Positions 51,671 to 64,000 of a stretch of DNA of 64,000 nucleotides are shown here, in pieces (position 1 is the stretch's first letter; every line of letters starts with the position of its first letter). The notes beneath the pieces were generated by a model, which did not search any database, was not told where the DNA came from, and saw only the letters and a list, made by a program, of their open reading frames with translations. Source of the stretch: Callorhinchus milii (taxonomy: Eukaryota); assembly GCF_018977255.1 (NCBI RefSeq), contig NW_024704742.1, positions 134,976,001 through 135,040,000 of the forward strand. Reading direction: 5' to 3'. The position numbers and the translations under genes were made by a program.

Positions 51671-54600
51671 ATATAACAGCTTAACAGTGCAGTGAATGTG
51701 TATTCTGTAGACGAATGTGGAGCCAATTTGCACACAGCAATGTCCCACACAGTCATAAAGTGAATGACAAATTGTACTTGGGGGACTGTTGGCCAGAACA
51801 GCGGGAGAAACTCCCTTCTTCCTTTGAGCAACGCCATGGGATCTTTAACGTCCACCTGGACAGGTAGACAGGATCTTGGTTTAAAGTCTCATGTGAATTT
51901 TAGCATGTGATAATCAACCAAATAACAACTTCCTAAATAAATTGCATTAGGTTAAAAAGTTTAACCATTTAAAGGTAACATGTACTGTCTCTACTCTTTT
52001 CTTTAGCTAAATACCAGTCTCAATAATGCAATATGCATTGAAAAATGCCAGCAAAAATGTACTAGATAACATTGCTTGATCATGTAAACACAGTACTCGT
52101 CTTTAAAACTGAACTTAGGTCCTTCTCTCCCATTTTATTCCCTGCTCTTCCAGGGCTACATGCATCAAATGGCCAACAGAAGTAAACTCTCAGATCTTTC
52201 CCAACATCTGCTGTGAAACAGTCCAGATTCGCTTCTCCTTTCCCCGTGGAGTTGTGTGTGGGAACATACAGCCAATTTGTGCACAGCATTTGTTCCCACA
52301 AATAGTGAATGACAAATTGTATCTGGGAGTCTGTTACCCAAAACAATGGGAGCCGTTGCCTTCCATTTGAGTTATACCAGGGGGCAATGGTACATCTCCC
52401 GCAGGATAGCCCACATATATCACACTGAGACAGGAGATTCAGAGGCATGTTCTTGCAAGTCAGCGGGAAATTCATAATGACTCCCTGCAGGAGACAATTT
52501 ACTTCCTGAGGTGCTTTATCCAACGCGAGACCCTACTTACGCTACAGTTGTGCCACCTCCGGACTTACTCAATCCCACTGTGACTGTGCTGCTGTCTTTT
52601 AATTGGAATCAGCATGGCGACTATTTCATCCCAACCATGGAACATATTATGAAAGCTACCAGTGAATCTAAGAGTGTATGTAATTTAACCTTCGGCGGGC
52701 CCATTTGACATCAAAACATCTTCACTCTTGCAGCTATGACATCTGAAAACCCAGATTACATTTTAAGATCTTTATTATCATTTTACAACTGTCCGTGGTG
52801 CTGTAGATAACACTAGTAAATCACCACTGTACAAATCCACATTGAGATCACAAGTCTCTCAAACATAAGTGTAACCTCAGCTGGACTCTCATAATCCGAC
52901 TTACACTTCCATAGCGATGTTCACTTTGGGAGGACGTCTCAAAGTGCTTGACACTGCTGGCTGGGCATCCAAGGTGACCATGAGATCCTAACTACAATTA
53001 GCAACATTTTCATTCTATTCTGAATGTTACTCTACATTACCAAAAATAGGAAATAACAGTGCAAAAGAGTCACCTTTCCCTCCCCTGCTCCACCACAGCA
53101 ACAACAACTTGCATTTATAAAGTGCCCCTCACGCAGGGTAGCATTCCAGAACATTTCAGTCAGTCCAGGAACAGGCTTCACTTACAATTTATAAAGTCCT
53201 TACAACTTATTTTTCTGCCAATTTTCTCCCTTCCTTTCCTCTTCTCTAACTGGACAAGCAGCAGCCAAGGCAGTGCTATCAATGGCAAGCAATGCAGTTG
53301 TAGCTGTTTTAGACTCCAAAGAGCACCCCAACGCACACCCTGGGCTCCCCAAACCTTGATCCTTGACAACCTAGACCTAATACTCTCTGGAATTAAGAAT
53401 TCAGGACCTTGGGGCGACTTCGAAACCTGAAAGACACTATACAATTGTAATATTGTATTGTAAGCAGAATGCGTCCCTCTAGGGAGTGAATGTGCATTCC
53501 ATTCCAATAAATATCTCAGGAATTTCCATGTGTAGATGGGTTGCATGGAATTCTCAGCTTGGTTTAGATATTCTTAAGTATATTGATGGGTTTCAACACT
53601 TGTCAGACACCAAAAAATCCTTTTCTTCTTCTGAACGTGTTTGATTCCTTATCTTTATTCTGGAGAACATATCCGTTGGCGCAAGCAGCCTCTGATACCT
53701 GAGATACCCCATTGGCGGTGAGTGCTAGAAGACCAACCAACGATTGGAGAGGTTGGGGGTGTGGGAAAGGGAGTTGGGGGGTTAATACCTAGTCCCTCAC
53801 AGGCCCCTTCTGATTCCACTTCCAGCATAGGTGACCAGCCAACAGTGTTGAGCGATTTGAATGCTGTGTCTCCCTGACGTGAAAAGTTATGTAAATGTAA
53901 ATGATACCGTATTGCATTCCGTGAAAATATTATGACCTTTTCAGTATTTGCAAATGGAGTTAAACAATACGCACTTTACCTGGCAGACAATCTGGTGTCT
54001 TTAAGCTTGACCTCACAGTGTGCGGAGGTAAAGAGATAAGGGGTGAGGGGGAAGTAGGGGTGGGGGGGGGTGGTCGGGTGGTCGGGTGGTGGGAGGAGAA
54101 TAAAATGGCAGGGGAAATCTTCCCGTTGCCTGAAATGGCACAGATGAGACACAGCTGGCAAAGCCAAGCTAGTCCGCGGTAATCCATGACCTTTTTTGGT
54201 TCTCGGTAAATCAAATACCATATACAGTATTTCTGTTCAAAGGGCAGAAATATCAATACAATACAAATGTAGTGACACACGGTCACTACACTTCACAATA
54301 AAATCCCGTGAAGCTGTTTGAAAGGTTTCGAAGACATGATCAGGTGCTATATGAAATGCAAGGATTAATATTATCATGTGCCCAATACATGGGCACAATT
54401 GGTCAATACATGTGAAGAATATGCTGTCAAAAATAAGGTTTCTGTCATATGAGGCTTTTAACATGACAATTAGCTGGGTCAGCTCCAAGATAACCAGGCA
54501 ATGGAACATCAGAATAGTCTCTATCCTCTGTGGCAGTCTAGGTAGTTTGTTTCATGGGCCAGGCAATTCTGCTGTACTCCAAAGCCCTGTTGATAAATAC

Positions 54601-55811
54601 CCTTGGAGGGTTTTGATGACGTATTGATATGCGTGTCAGTCTCGTTCTTATACAGCACATCTGAAAGCTCGCTTCCGCTAAACAGTCACACGACAAAGTT
54701 GCAGCTCGTATTGAATTGCTGTTTAAACAATCAACATCCTTCTTATTAATAATAATCATAATCCTTGCATTTGATACAGCACATTATCACGTCATTAAGG
54801 CGTCTCAAAGCGCTTCACAGAATATACTGTACAGTGCACTGACTGTATATTTTGTGGGCGAAACGCAGCAGCCAATTGCAATGCAGCAGTGTCCCATAAA
54901 CAGTCATCTAAAAAAAATTACATTTTTTATTCACAAATTGTTAAAATGAAGAACTTTCACACAGACACGGTGCCTTTGTTCAGTCAGCAAAGCGGTGGGC
55001 AAAACAATAAGTATTTTACCGCTGGCTTGGCTGCCATAAACTCCAATTTTCATCTTTGAAGTGGCCAGGTGATGTTATTTTAAGATCACTGGAAGCCGAA
55101 CTCAGCAGTGCATCGTTCTAAAGTGGTTGTCATCCTTCTCCCCCCCCTCATTCCGCCACCTCTATGACCTTGCAGCGCAGAACAAGGCATTGCCCAATGA
55201 CCCATTATTTCTCGTTAGGACGGGGCCTGGATGCAGCCATTTGGACCCAGAGAAACGCACGGAAGCCTGGAGCTTACAGAATGACTGAGGACACGGAGCT
55301 TCACTTGATTGTTCTGTCAGCTGACCTCTGCAGAGGGGATGGTTAGATGCTCCCGCACTCCTCAGCTGACAAATGAATGATCTGAGCTCCTTATATTTTC
55401 ACTGCCGCAGCCTTTAGCCCAGGTGTTTGGACAGTGAGCCGGCCTGGCATCTTAGATCAAGATGAATTGGTGCAAACTCCCAGCCAAGATTGTTTTATAG
55501 CATTTAATTTAGTTTCTTCCCCTGCTTGGATGAGCACAGTCTGGTTATGGATTTCTATTCTAATGTACTGGAGCAGGCCTGAAAGGAGCCAATGAAGCAG
55601 ATGCTGGAGTGGAGAGGCAGGAACACCGATCAATAGGCAAGGGCCCTGACCTCAGCACTCTGAGCCCCAGCAATGGCCATGGCACTCTGATAAAAGCCAT
55701 GTGTGTTCATTCCAGTCAGAACCCAGGCACAAGGGGCATACAAGAGGGTGCCTTTCAGCTCTCAATGTTCATCCAGTTTTATTATTTATAATAATAATCC
55801 TTGTATCTATT

Positions 55812-56160
55812 TAATAATAATATTTGCAATTGATATAGCGCCTTATCACGTCGTCGAGATGTTCTCATAGCACTTCATTTAATATATTGTAAAGTGGATT
55901 CACTGCGAATTTTGTGGGCGAAACGTGGCAGCCAATTGCCCACAGTCGTGTATTGAGTGACACCGATTTTTTTTTGAGGGATTATTACCCCCCAGAATAT
56001 AATGTGAAGATCGACTAACAACCGGGTTCCTACTTACCGCTAGGTAAACAGAGGCGTATGGAGTAAGGAAACTTGCCTAAGGTTTCGCCCTGCCGAGGAA
56101 TCGAACCCAGTTCCTCTCACTTGCAAAGCGAGTGCTCTAACCAATACACTACAGGACTCC
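55812..56160 (-). mobile_element. Full-length SINE, long subfamily
   Basis: Head reverse complement GCGAGTGCTCTAACCAATACACTACAGGACTCC, with internal segment and tail present. Confidence 0.88.
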
Positions 56161-56523
56161 AACTATATATTATATATACGTTAGGATTTGTTTCGGATTT
56201 GTGTCCTTGGTATTGCCTGTACAGATCAGTTACTGGCAGCTCAATCTTGTGATACTCAAAAAATAAGATGTATTTTTATACAGTCAAACTTGTGTGCTAA
56301 CAATACAGCCATAGTGTGGTCAGAACCAGAGTGTAATCAAGGGGAAAGAAAAAGCGTCTCAGAAGAGGGTAATATGATATAATAATAATCCTTACATTGG
56401 GTATGGTACCTTTCAGTTCGGGAGGACGTTCCAGAGGATACACTGTAAAATGCAGTAATTCTGTGTTTTTTCAGGAGTGAAAGTTAGTTTGTTGATAAAA
56501 CTTACTTTCACTTCCTGTTGCTT

Positions 56524-56850
56524 TAATAATAATAATAATAATCCTTGCATTTGATATAGCGCTTTTCACGTCGGGAGGACGTCCCACAGCGCTTCACAGA
56601 ACACACTGCAAAGTGAATTGACTGTATATTTGTGGGCGAACGCGGCAGCCAATTGTGCACAGCAATGTCCCACAAACAGTCGTAGATTGAAAATGACCAA
56701 TTTATTATTGTTTTTGGTTTTGGAGGGATTATTATTAGGCTCTGTGTGGAGTCAGGAAACTTGCCCAAGGTTTCGGCCTCTGCCTGGAATTGAACTCAGG
56801 TCTCTCGCTTGCAAAGCGAGTGTTCTAACCACTGAGCTACAGGACTCCGC
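56524..56850 (-). mobile_element. Full-length young SINE (short subfamily)
   Basis: Nearly identical to 32730-33048 by eye. Confidence 0.92.
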
Positions 56851-58009
56851 TTTGTGGGACATTGCTGTGTGAATATTGGTGACTGAGTTTTCCTACAAAT
56901 ATTCAGTCACTACACTTTATGGTAAAGTCCTGTGAATTGCTTTGAGACGTCTGCCTGACGTGATAAGGCAAAATATCAAATAATAATCCTTGCATTTGAT
57001 ACAGTATATTATCATGTCTTCGAGACTCAAACGGCTTCACAGAATATACTGTAAAGTGAATTGACTGTATACAAGAATTAACATATTATTTGTTATTATT
57101 ATTCATAATACAGAAGGCATAACAGGTTTGACATTTTGAATTTGTCGGCTGAAAGCTGGAGTTTATGGCAGCGAAAGGTAAAAGATTCTGGGTTGGAAGA
57201 TGTTCCAGGCTGCATCAATATAGAGTACAATCCCTCCTTTCATCTTCCAATCAATCAAGCAGGAGTTACAGGGCTCCAATGCAGCATAAATCACAAGACA
57301 CAAGACATTCACAGAGCGTAATGTACGTTTCAGTTCACTGTCTAAATCCAGGGGAAGAAAATTGTCACCTTCTCAAATGAAGACAATCGAACAGTCTGTG
57401 AAATGTCACCTAATTCTGAATATCAGGTGTCTGAAATTCCTACCGATTTTGGTCTAGATTTCAGACTGTTCAAAATTTGTCAATTTTTAAATTCAGTCTT
57501 AATTTTGAAGCCTGTTTTCTGGAGTTATTCTCAAGAACTACAGTAAAGTATTTAAGAAATTGATAAAATTCTACATGTGTCGAAATCTTAGAAAGGGGAG
57601 GACAAGTTTGCAGGGCTATGGGGAGAGAGTGGGGGAGTGGGATTGAGTTGGATAGCTCTTTTCAAAGAGTCTGCACAGACACGATGGGTCGAATGGACTC
57701 CTTCTGTGCTGTATAATTCTATGATTCTGATTCTATGACAATAGTCTCAAGGCTAAAATCAGGTGGAATTTTAGCCTCCACTACAGGTGGATGTGAATGT
57801 GAATGTGATGGGCAACCATTGTGATCCTCTCCAGTCTCACTCCGCTTGTCTCCTCCGCTGGGCAAACTTGGCCTGCTGTGTGCCTTCCACTCCATTTGCA
57901 CCTGAACCCTGGGACTCCCTTGCTTAATGTCTTATCTCACTTATTTTTCACTGCCTTCAAATTGGTTGGCAATTGCCTTCCATTTACCTAATCAAAATGC
58001 TACCGGACT

Positions 58010-58365
58010 TGGAAGTCCCATAGCATATTGGTTCGTGCACTCGCCTCGCAAGCAAACGATCCGAGTTCAATTCCCGGGCAGGGCAATACATTAGCCAAGT
58101 TTCCTTACTCCTCTGTTTACCTAGCAGTAGGTAGGAACCTGATTGTTAGTCAATTGCCGGATTGCTTTCCGGGGGTAATAATTCCTTCAAAAAAAAATTG
58201 GTCACTCAATCTACGACTGTTTGTGGGACACTGCTGTGTGCAATTGGCTGATGTATTTCGCCCACAAAATACAGTCACTCCACTTTACAGTATATCTTGC
58301 GAAGCGCTTTGAGATGTCTCAACAGCGTGATAAGTCGCTACATCAAATGCGGATTATTTTATTAT
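58010..58365 (+). mobile_element. Full-length SINE, long subfamily
   Basis: tRNA-like head (GTTCAATTCCC B box), internal segment and tail. Confidence 0.85.
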
Positions 58366-61300
58366 TGTAAGTCTGAGTATTCCATGTATTGGTGGCATGC
58401 ACGGAACACGCAGTCTGGTTTGGGAACACTTAATGGTTTCTGATGGGTTTCTGCATGTGTCAGACGTCTGGCTGGTCTAAAGACAAAGAATCGAGCGATG
58501 ACTCAAATATTTAAGGAAAACAATATAAATGTATCTCATTTTAATTTACATTTTTTCTCAACTGTGTGTTGCGTTCCAACGCCTTCGGACGTCCTCCTGA
58601 CGTGAAACGCGCAAATGTAATTTTGTTGTTTTTTGTTGTTGCTCGTTCCCATCTGTGAGCTGTGTGATAGTGCTATTCAGACGAAACATAACAGTCTTGG
58701 AAGGCCAGCAATCAATGTAACCTCAACTCTAATTTTAACAATCATTAACATGGGAGTTTACTGTATAGATTACAAAAATATAGATATCGAGGAATATATG
58801 TCAATAATAATCCTTGCATTTTATACATACGCCTCCAAACACTTCACAGAGTTTTCTGTAAAGTGGGGTTATTTGTAGGCGAACGTGGCAGCCAATTTAC
58901 ACAATAAATGTCACACAAATCAGCCACATAGTGAGTGACCGCTTTCATTTAGGGGATTGTTGGCCAGGACACGGGAGAGAGAAACCCTCTTCTCTTTTTG
59001 GCATCGGGAGGACGTCTCAAAGCATTTCACACAAATGACTGTGAGTGGAGGGGGGAAAAGAGAGTTGAAAGTGTAGTCGAAGAGATAAGTTTTAATCAAA
59101 GCAAGAAGTGACCTATGAAACCATAGAACAGATCAAGACTTGGTTTAAAAATAAGGATGTCCCAAGGCATCCCAGTTAATGGTTTGCAAAAGAGGTGTGG
59201 GTTGAAATCAAGAAGGGTGGGGCGAAGGGGGAGAGGGGGTGGGAGTGTGGCTGAAAATATAGCCACTGTATATTTTCTTAAATACGTCACTGTATTTGGG
59301 CAAACACGGCCACAATTTAATATTACTGTTCTACTCATTTAAAAGCCAAGTTGATGATATGAAGGGAAGATGGTAGAGTGTGTGAACTGGAAAGATGAGA
59401 TCTGTTGGGATAAAGGTCTTTTTCATCCAAATCAATCTCTGTATTTTTTGGGTGATCTTATCATAAAACAAAACATTTAAAATCGATTCGAACAACATTT
59501 GACAATAAATGTTGGCGTGATTGATAAAAGTATAAGTTCCTATACAATTTAATGTGTATTTTCTCTGATTAATGCTTTCTTTTTTTAAAAAAAATTCAAA
59601 GCAATGCAAAAGTCAGCCGAGTGGGGAGCAATGTCACTTAAATAAAACTGGTGTAACTCTGTAACCTACTATCTCAATTATCATGAAATTTGTACAAACA
59701 GAAGGCAATAAGACTTATAAAAAAATTGAGCTGATTTTGAATGGATTATTGTTATAACTGTATGATGATTTTTTTTTCTGAGAGCAATAACACTTAATTT
59801 GATCATGGTACAAAGTGACATAAAGATCTATTTTCCTGACAAGACAGTAGATCACCCTATCACAGCTGGAACATTAATCACCTGAAATAACCATTTCAAT
59901 GCTGCATTTCGATCTTGCGAAAACTTGAACACAACATTTTTGCACTTTCTTTTGTTACTTTGCTTTACAGACAGGGCGTATTGGTTAGAGCACTCGCCTT
60001 GTAAGCGAGAGGACCTGAATTCGATTTGCGGGCAGGGCAAAATGTTAGGCAAGTTTCCTTACACCACACACTTCTGTTTACCCAGCAGTAAGTAGGAACC
60101 CGGTTGTTAGTCGATTGAAGGATCACATTTCTGGGGGTAATAATCCCTTCAAAAAATAATAATAATTTGGTCACTCCATCCATGATTATTTGTGGGACAC
60201 GGGTTCTGCACAATTGGCAGCCACGTTTCACCCAAACAATTTACAGTCAATTTCACTTTACAATATATTCTGTGAAGCGCTTTGAGACTGCCCAAATAGA
60301 TTTGACCCACACTATGATCTTCCTCTAAGTAGGAGATGGGCGGCAGCCAAATTTGGCTGATTGCTTAATGCATAAATCTGAGCAGTCTGCCTACCAAGAA
60401 GCCATAGGTATCAGTCAGGTCACTTGTAAACGGACCTTTTTGTCCTAAGTATCAAGTTGCCTTGATTGCTTTTCTGGAGGGCATTCATCCTGAGTCACAG
60501 GACTCAACCTGGCAGGATTCTGCAGCCGAAACTTCATTGAGACCATTAAAAATTTAAGAGTGAACAGAGATGTAGAAAATTCAAGCTCAATTTGGACACT
60601 GTTTTTTGTCAGATTGTAAAAAAGAACCTGCTTCCAAATTAAGACTGAATGGAAGAATATTCCCCAATTCTGATCACTCTGAAATTTTAAAATAAAACAG
60701 TGTGACAGGCTAAGTCTAGGTGGAATTTGGGTTACGAGATGAGACAACTGCTCTGGATTCAGGAAAGCTGAAGAGGGGGTCAATGAAGTTGTTTAGTGTT
60801 TAGTTGGATGTTCAATATCTCAAAGCAATCTTTGAAAAGAGAAGGGAGTTTGTCCCGGGGTCCTGGCTTCCAATAACCAAATAAAATTAGTCATTCACTT
60901 CATGCCTGTTTCTGGGGATGCAGATGTGCGCAAATTTGCTACTGCGTTCACCTACAACATACTGTGCACAGCCACGCTACTTTGCAGTATATCGTGTGAA
61001 GAGCTTTGAGACATCCTCCCAACGTGAAGAACATTGCATCAAGTGCAAGGATTATTACTTTATATCAACGTTTGATGGGACTTACCCTGCCCCTCTCCCT
61101 CAAATAATGAATCAAGACAGAAAGCAAATGTCTTGTGGCAATTTTCAACCAACAATGTAAGGAGGGTTTTTGATAGAGTAAATAGGAGAAACTGTTTCTA
61201 CTAGCGGATGGGTCGGTTACCAGAGGTCACAGATTTACGATAATTGACAAGAAAGGAGAAAAGGATGGTGGAATTAGATTCAATAGTAGCTTTCAAAAGG

Positions 61301-63044
61301 GAATAGGACATGTACTTGAAAGAGAAAAAAAGAAAAAGTTGTACCAGTTGGGTAACTCTTTCAAAGAGCCCGCACAGGCACAATGGGATGAATGGTCTCC
61401 TTCTGCGCTGTAAGACTCTATGATTCTAATATTCTAGCATCTTGAGATCACCCTCTGAACACAACAGCAACAAATTACAATTGTATGGCGCCTTTCACAT
61501 CAGGACGACATCCCAAGGCGCTGGACAGTCAGGGATCCGCACCTGAGTTGGGGGTTGGAGTCAGGAGGGGTGGAGAGCGGGGAGGGTAGGGGTAGGAAGG
61601 TGACTGAAGGCACAGTCAAAAAGGAGGGTCTTGAGATGGGTCCTGAAGGAGGCAACGAGCCCTCTGATTAACCTAGAGCATGTTTCACAATGTAAAGAGC
61701 TGCAAACATGAGTCACCAGGCAAATCAGGAGGAATTTGAAGCCAGAAGCTGGCATGGGTTCAGAGCCACCACATTTGATCCTGACTGTTCAGCAGAGCTG
61801 AGGCAGGCTAAATGGATGGAATGAGCCTAAGTGGTTACTATCCAATAAATGTAAAATAAGGCTTTTTGTAATAAAAGAAAACTCCATTAAAATCAAGAAA
61901 ACTCAATAAAATGAAAAGAGGGCAATCCCCAGTGAGTCTTACTGCAAAGCAGGATGTCGTTAGCACCTGGTATTGAGCTGGATATAACAGTGTCCTTCAA
62001 AGGCATCAGGGAAAACACAATACAACACTTCGGAACTAATTTCAGTCAAAGGTACGGCAGCGAATGGCTATCAAGAACTGAGAAGTGCAAAAGAAATCAG
62101 GCGAGGTTCAGAAAGAGAGAGGTTTGCACATCGGGGAAGCAAAACTTTTTAAGGGGGATTAGACTCATATTTGAAAAAGAAAAAATATACCAAGATAAGG
62201 AGAAAGGGTAGTGGGTTCAAAATGGATAGCTCTTTCAGGGAACTGGCACAGACACAATGGGTTGACCTGGCCTCTGCTTCTATCAATTTTGAGAAAGGGA
62301 ACTTCTTAAAGGCAAATCGTTCCCAGGTGAGTTTCCCCTCATTCCTCCCTTCTCAGTGGCTGACTGATTGAACGAATGAGGAAGAACAATTCCTTTCACC
62401 TCTGGGACTTGCAACTGAGATCCAGTCAACAAATACAATGGTGATGGCCTCTCTCAGGTGCCTGTTAAAGGCGCAAGACAAATGGGCTCAGATAATAATT
62501 GATTGAGGTTCAGTCAAGACATGTCCAGAGCACAGATTGTCTTGCAATAATTCACACTATTTGCTGTTGCCCCATAACTCGGACAATCCCATTTAAACTC
62601 ACAATAAGGTGCGAGCTAGAAATTCCTTTTTGACGCTGTAGGCAGACTTCCAAACTGAAGAGGTATTGGAATCGTCATCTCTCACCCAGATAATTAAGCA
62701 GACAACAAAGAGGAAAGACAGAGCAATGTGCATCTGTATGGCTGAGAAAGAGAATCAGAGAGATTGGGTATGTAAGAGCAAAGAATAGAGGATGGTTGGA
62801 ATAGACAATTCTCTGCCACTATTCATTGTTAAGGCCGATTCCATAAATTCTTTTAAGATTCCATCAATGTAAAACATATTTGAAATGCTATGAAATTCCT
62901 ACAGGCCTTTGTGATGTGATAAAGGCATAAACAAAAAGTATAAAAGGATGTGGGTTGCGAGGGGATGAGTGGGAAGTGGCTCATATGAAGAAAAGCATCA
63001 ACACAGACATGAAGGACCAAAGAGTCTGTTATTTGTTCACCATG

Positions 63045-63310
63045 ACCCGTGCCAGGCTAGCTCAGTTGGTCGCCCTCTCCCCAGAGTCAGAAATCGTGGG
63101 TTCAAGCTCCATTTGGGATTTGGAACTTATATAGTCTAAGATGACACTCCAATGCAGTGCTGGGGGTGTGTTGCATTATTGGAGGTGCTGTCCTTGAGAT
63201 GAGTTGTTAAACCAAGGGCCCCTTCATGTAACTATTTAAAAAGGAAAGGCAGCTTTATCTGGAGTCCTGGCCTACAATCCCTAAACTAAAATTGGTCACT
63301 CACTTCATCC
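63045..63310 (+). mobile_element. Older Deu-domain SINE (SacSINE1/AmnSINE1-like): tRNA head plus Deu core
   Basis: TAGCTCAGTTGG...GGGTTCAAGCTCC head, then TGACACTCCAATGCAGTGCTG..GGAGGTGCTGTCCTT.AGATGAG.TGTTAAACC.AGG, resembling the recalled Deu domain. Other fragments lie at about 1945-2030(-), 6470-6800(+), 20250-20402(-), 35810-35966(+), 43660-43950(-) and 51680-51892(-). Confidence 0.7.
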
Positions 63311-64000
63311 ATGGTCGCACACTTCACCTTGCTAAACCAATCCGGAACCTTGGGGTCTTGTTTTGACCCTCAACTATCTTTTCTACCCCACATCTGCGCC
63401 ATGACCCGCACTGCCTTCCCCCACCTCCGCAACATTGCCCAGCTCATCTCACACCGCACGCTGCTGAAACCGTCATGCACATTTTCATTACTCGAGGCTC
63501 GACTATGCAAACTCATTGCTTGTCGGCTTCTCCAACTCCTCCCTCCATAGGCTGTAGATCATCCAGAACTCTGCAGCCTGTGTCCTCTCCCGCACTAGGC
63601 TCCGCGACCCTATCACCCCCTTCCTTGCCCAACTCCACTGGCTTCCCATCACACAGAGGATACAGTTCAAGATCCTGGTCCTCACCTTCAAAGCCCCCCA
63701 TGGTCTTGCTCCCACCTATCTCTGCGATCGCCTAAGCCCCTACCATCCTGCTCGCTCCCTCCACTCAGCGGGCTCTGGCCTTGCTTCACGTCCCCCACCT
63801 TGCTCGCCCCACTATTGGCAGGCGGATCTTCTGCCACTCTGTTTCCACCCCCTGGAACTCCATCCCGCAGTCCCTCTGCCTTGTCCCCTCCCTTGCCATC
63901 TTCAAGACCCACCTCAGGACCCTCCTCTTCAACAGTGCTTTTGATCTCCCTGCTTCCCCCCTCCCCCCCCCTCTCTCTTGACACCGACCCCCAGTTTGGG
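63310..64000 (+). mobile_element. Older 5'-truncated L2 LINE, running off the window end
   Basis: Nucleotide similarity to the other L2 copies (GGAACCTTGGGGTCTTG..TTTGACCCTCAACT, CTCCACTGGCTTCCCATC, GTTCAAGATCCTGG). Confidence 0.9.

Overview
This is eukaryotic, vertebrate genomic DNA, not prokaryotic. The repeat content suggests a cartilaginous fish, possibly a chimaera, but that is inference. The window lies inside the WDR7 (rabconnectin-3 beta) gene, which is on the minus strand. Two coding exons are recognisable: 48746-48970 (225 nt, phase 1-1) and 16190-16376 (187 nt, phase 1-2). They have canonical splice sites and splice in frame across a 32.4-kb intron. The rest is intron densely filled with 5'-truncated L2 and CR1 LINEs, a very abundant tRNA-derived SINE with an L2-like 3' tail (at least two subfamilies), older Deu-domain SINEs, an unclassified ~150-bp repeat and microsatellites. 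The most notable observations are: (i) several repeat-free islands that fold by eye into dense multi-stem structures, best at 11065-11315; (ii) recurrent insertion of retroposons into the same ~25-nt stretch of older SINE tails, including a four-layer nest at 32585-34760; (iii) a covarying 3' stem-loop shared by L2 and the SINE, with apparent tail replacement in the young SINE subfamily; (iv) inverted L2 copies flanking the frame-symmetric WDR7 exon, a possible circRNA configuration; (v) local inverted or templated duplications. All alignments and folds were done by eye, and repeat boundaries are approximate to about 10-20 nt.
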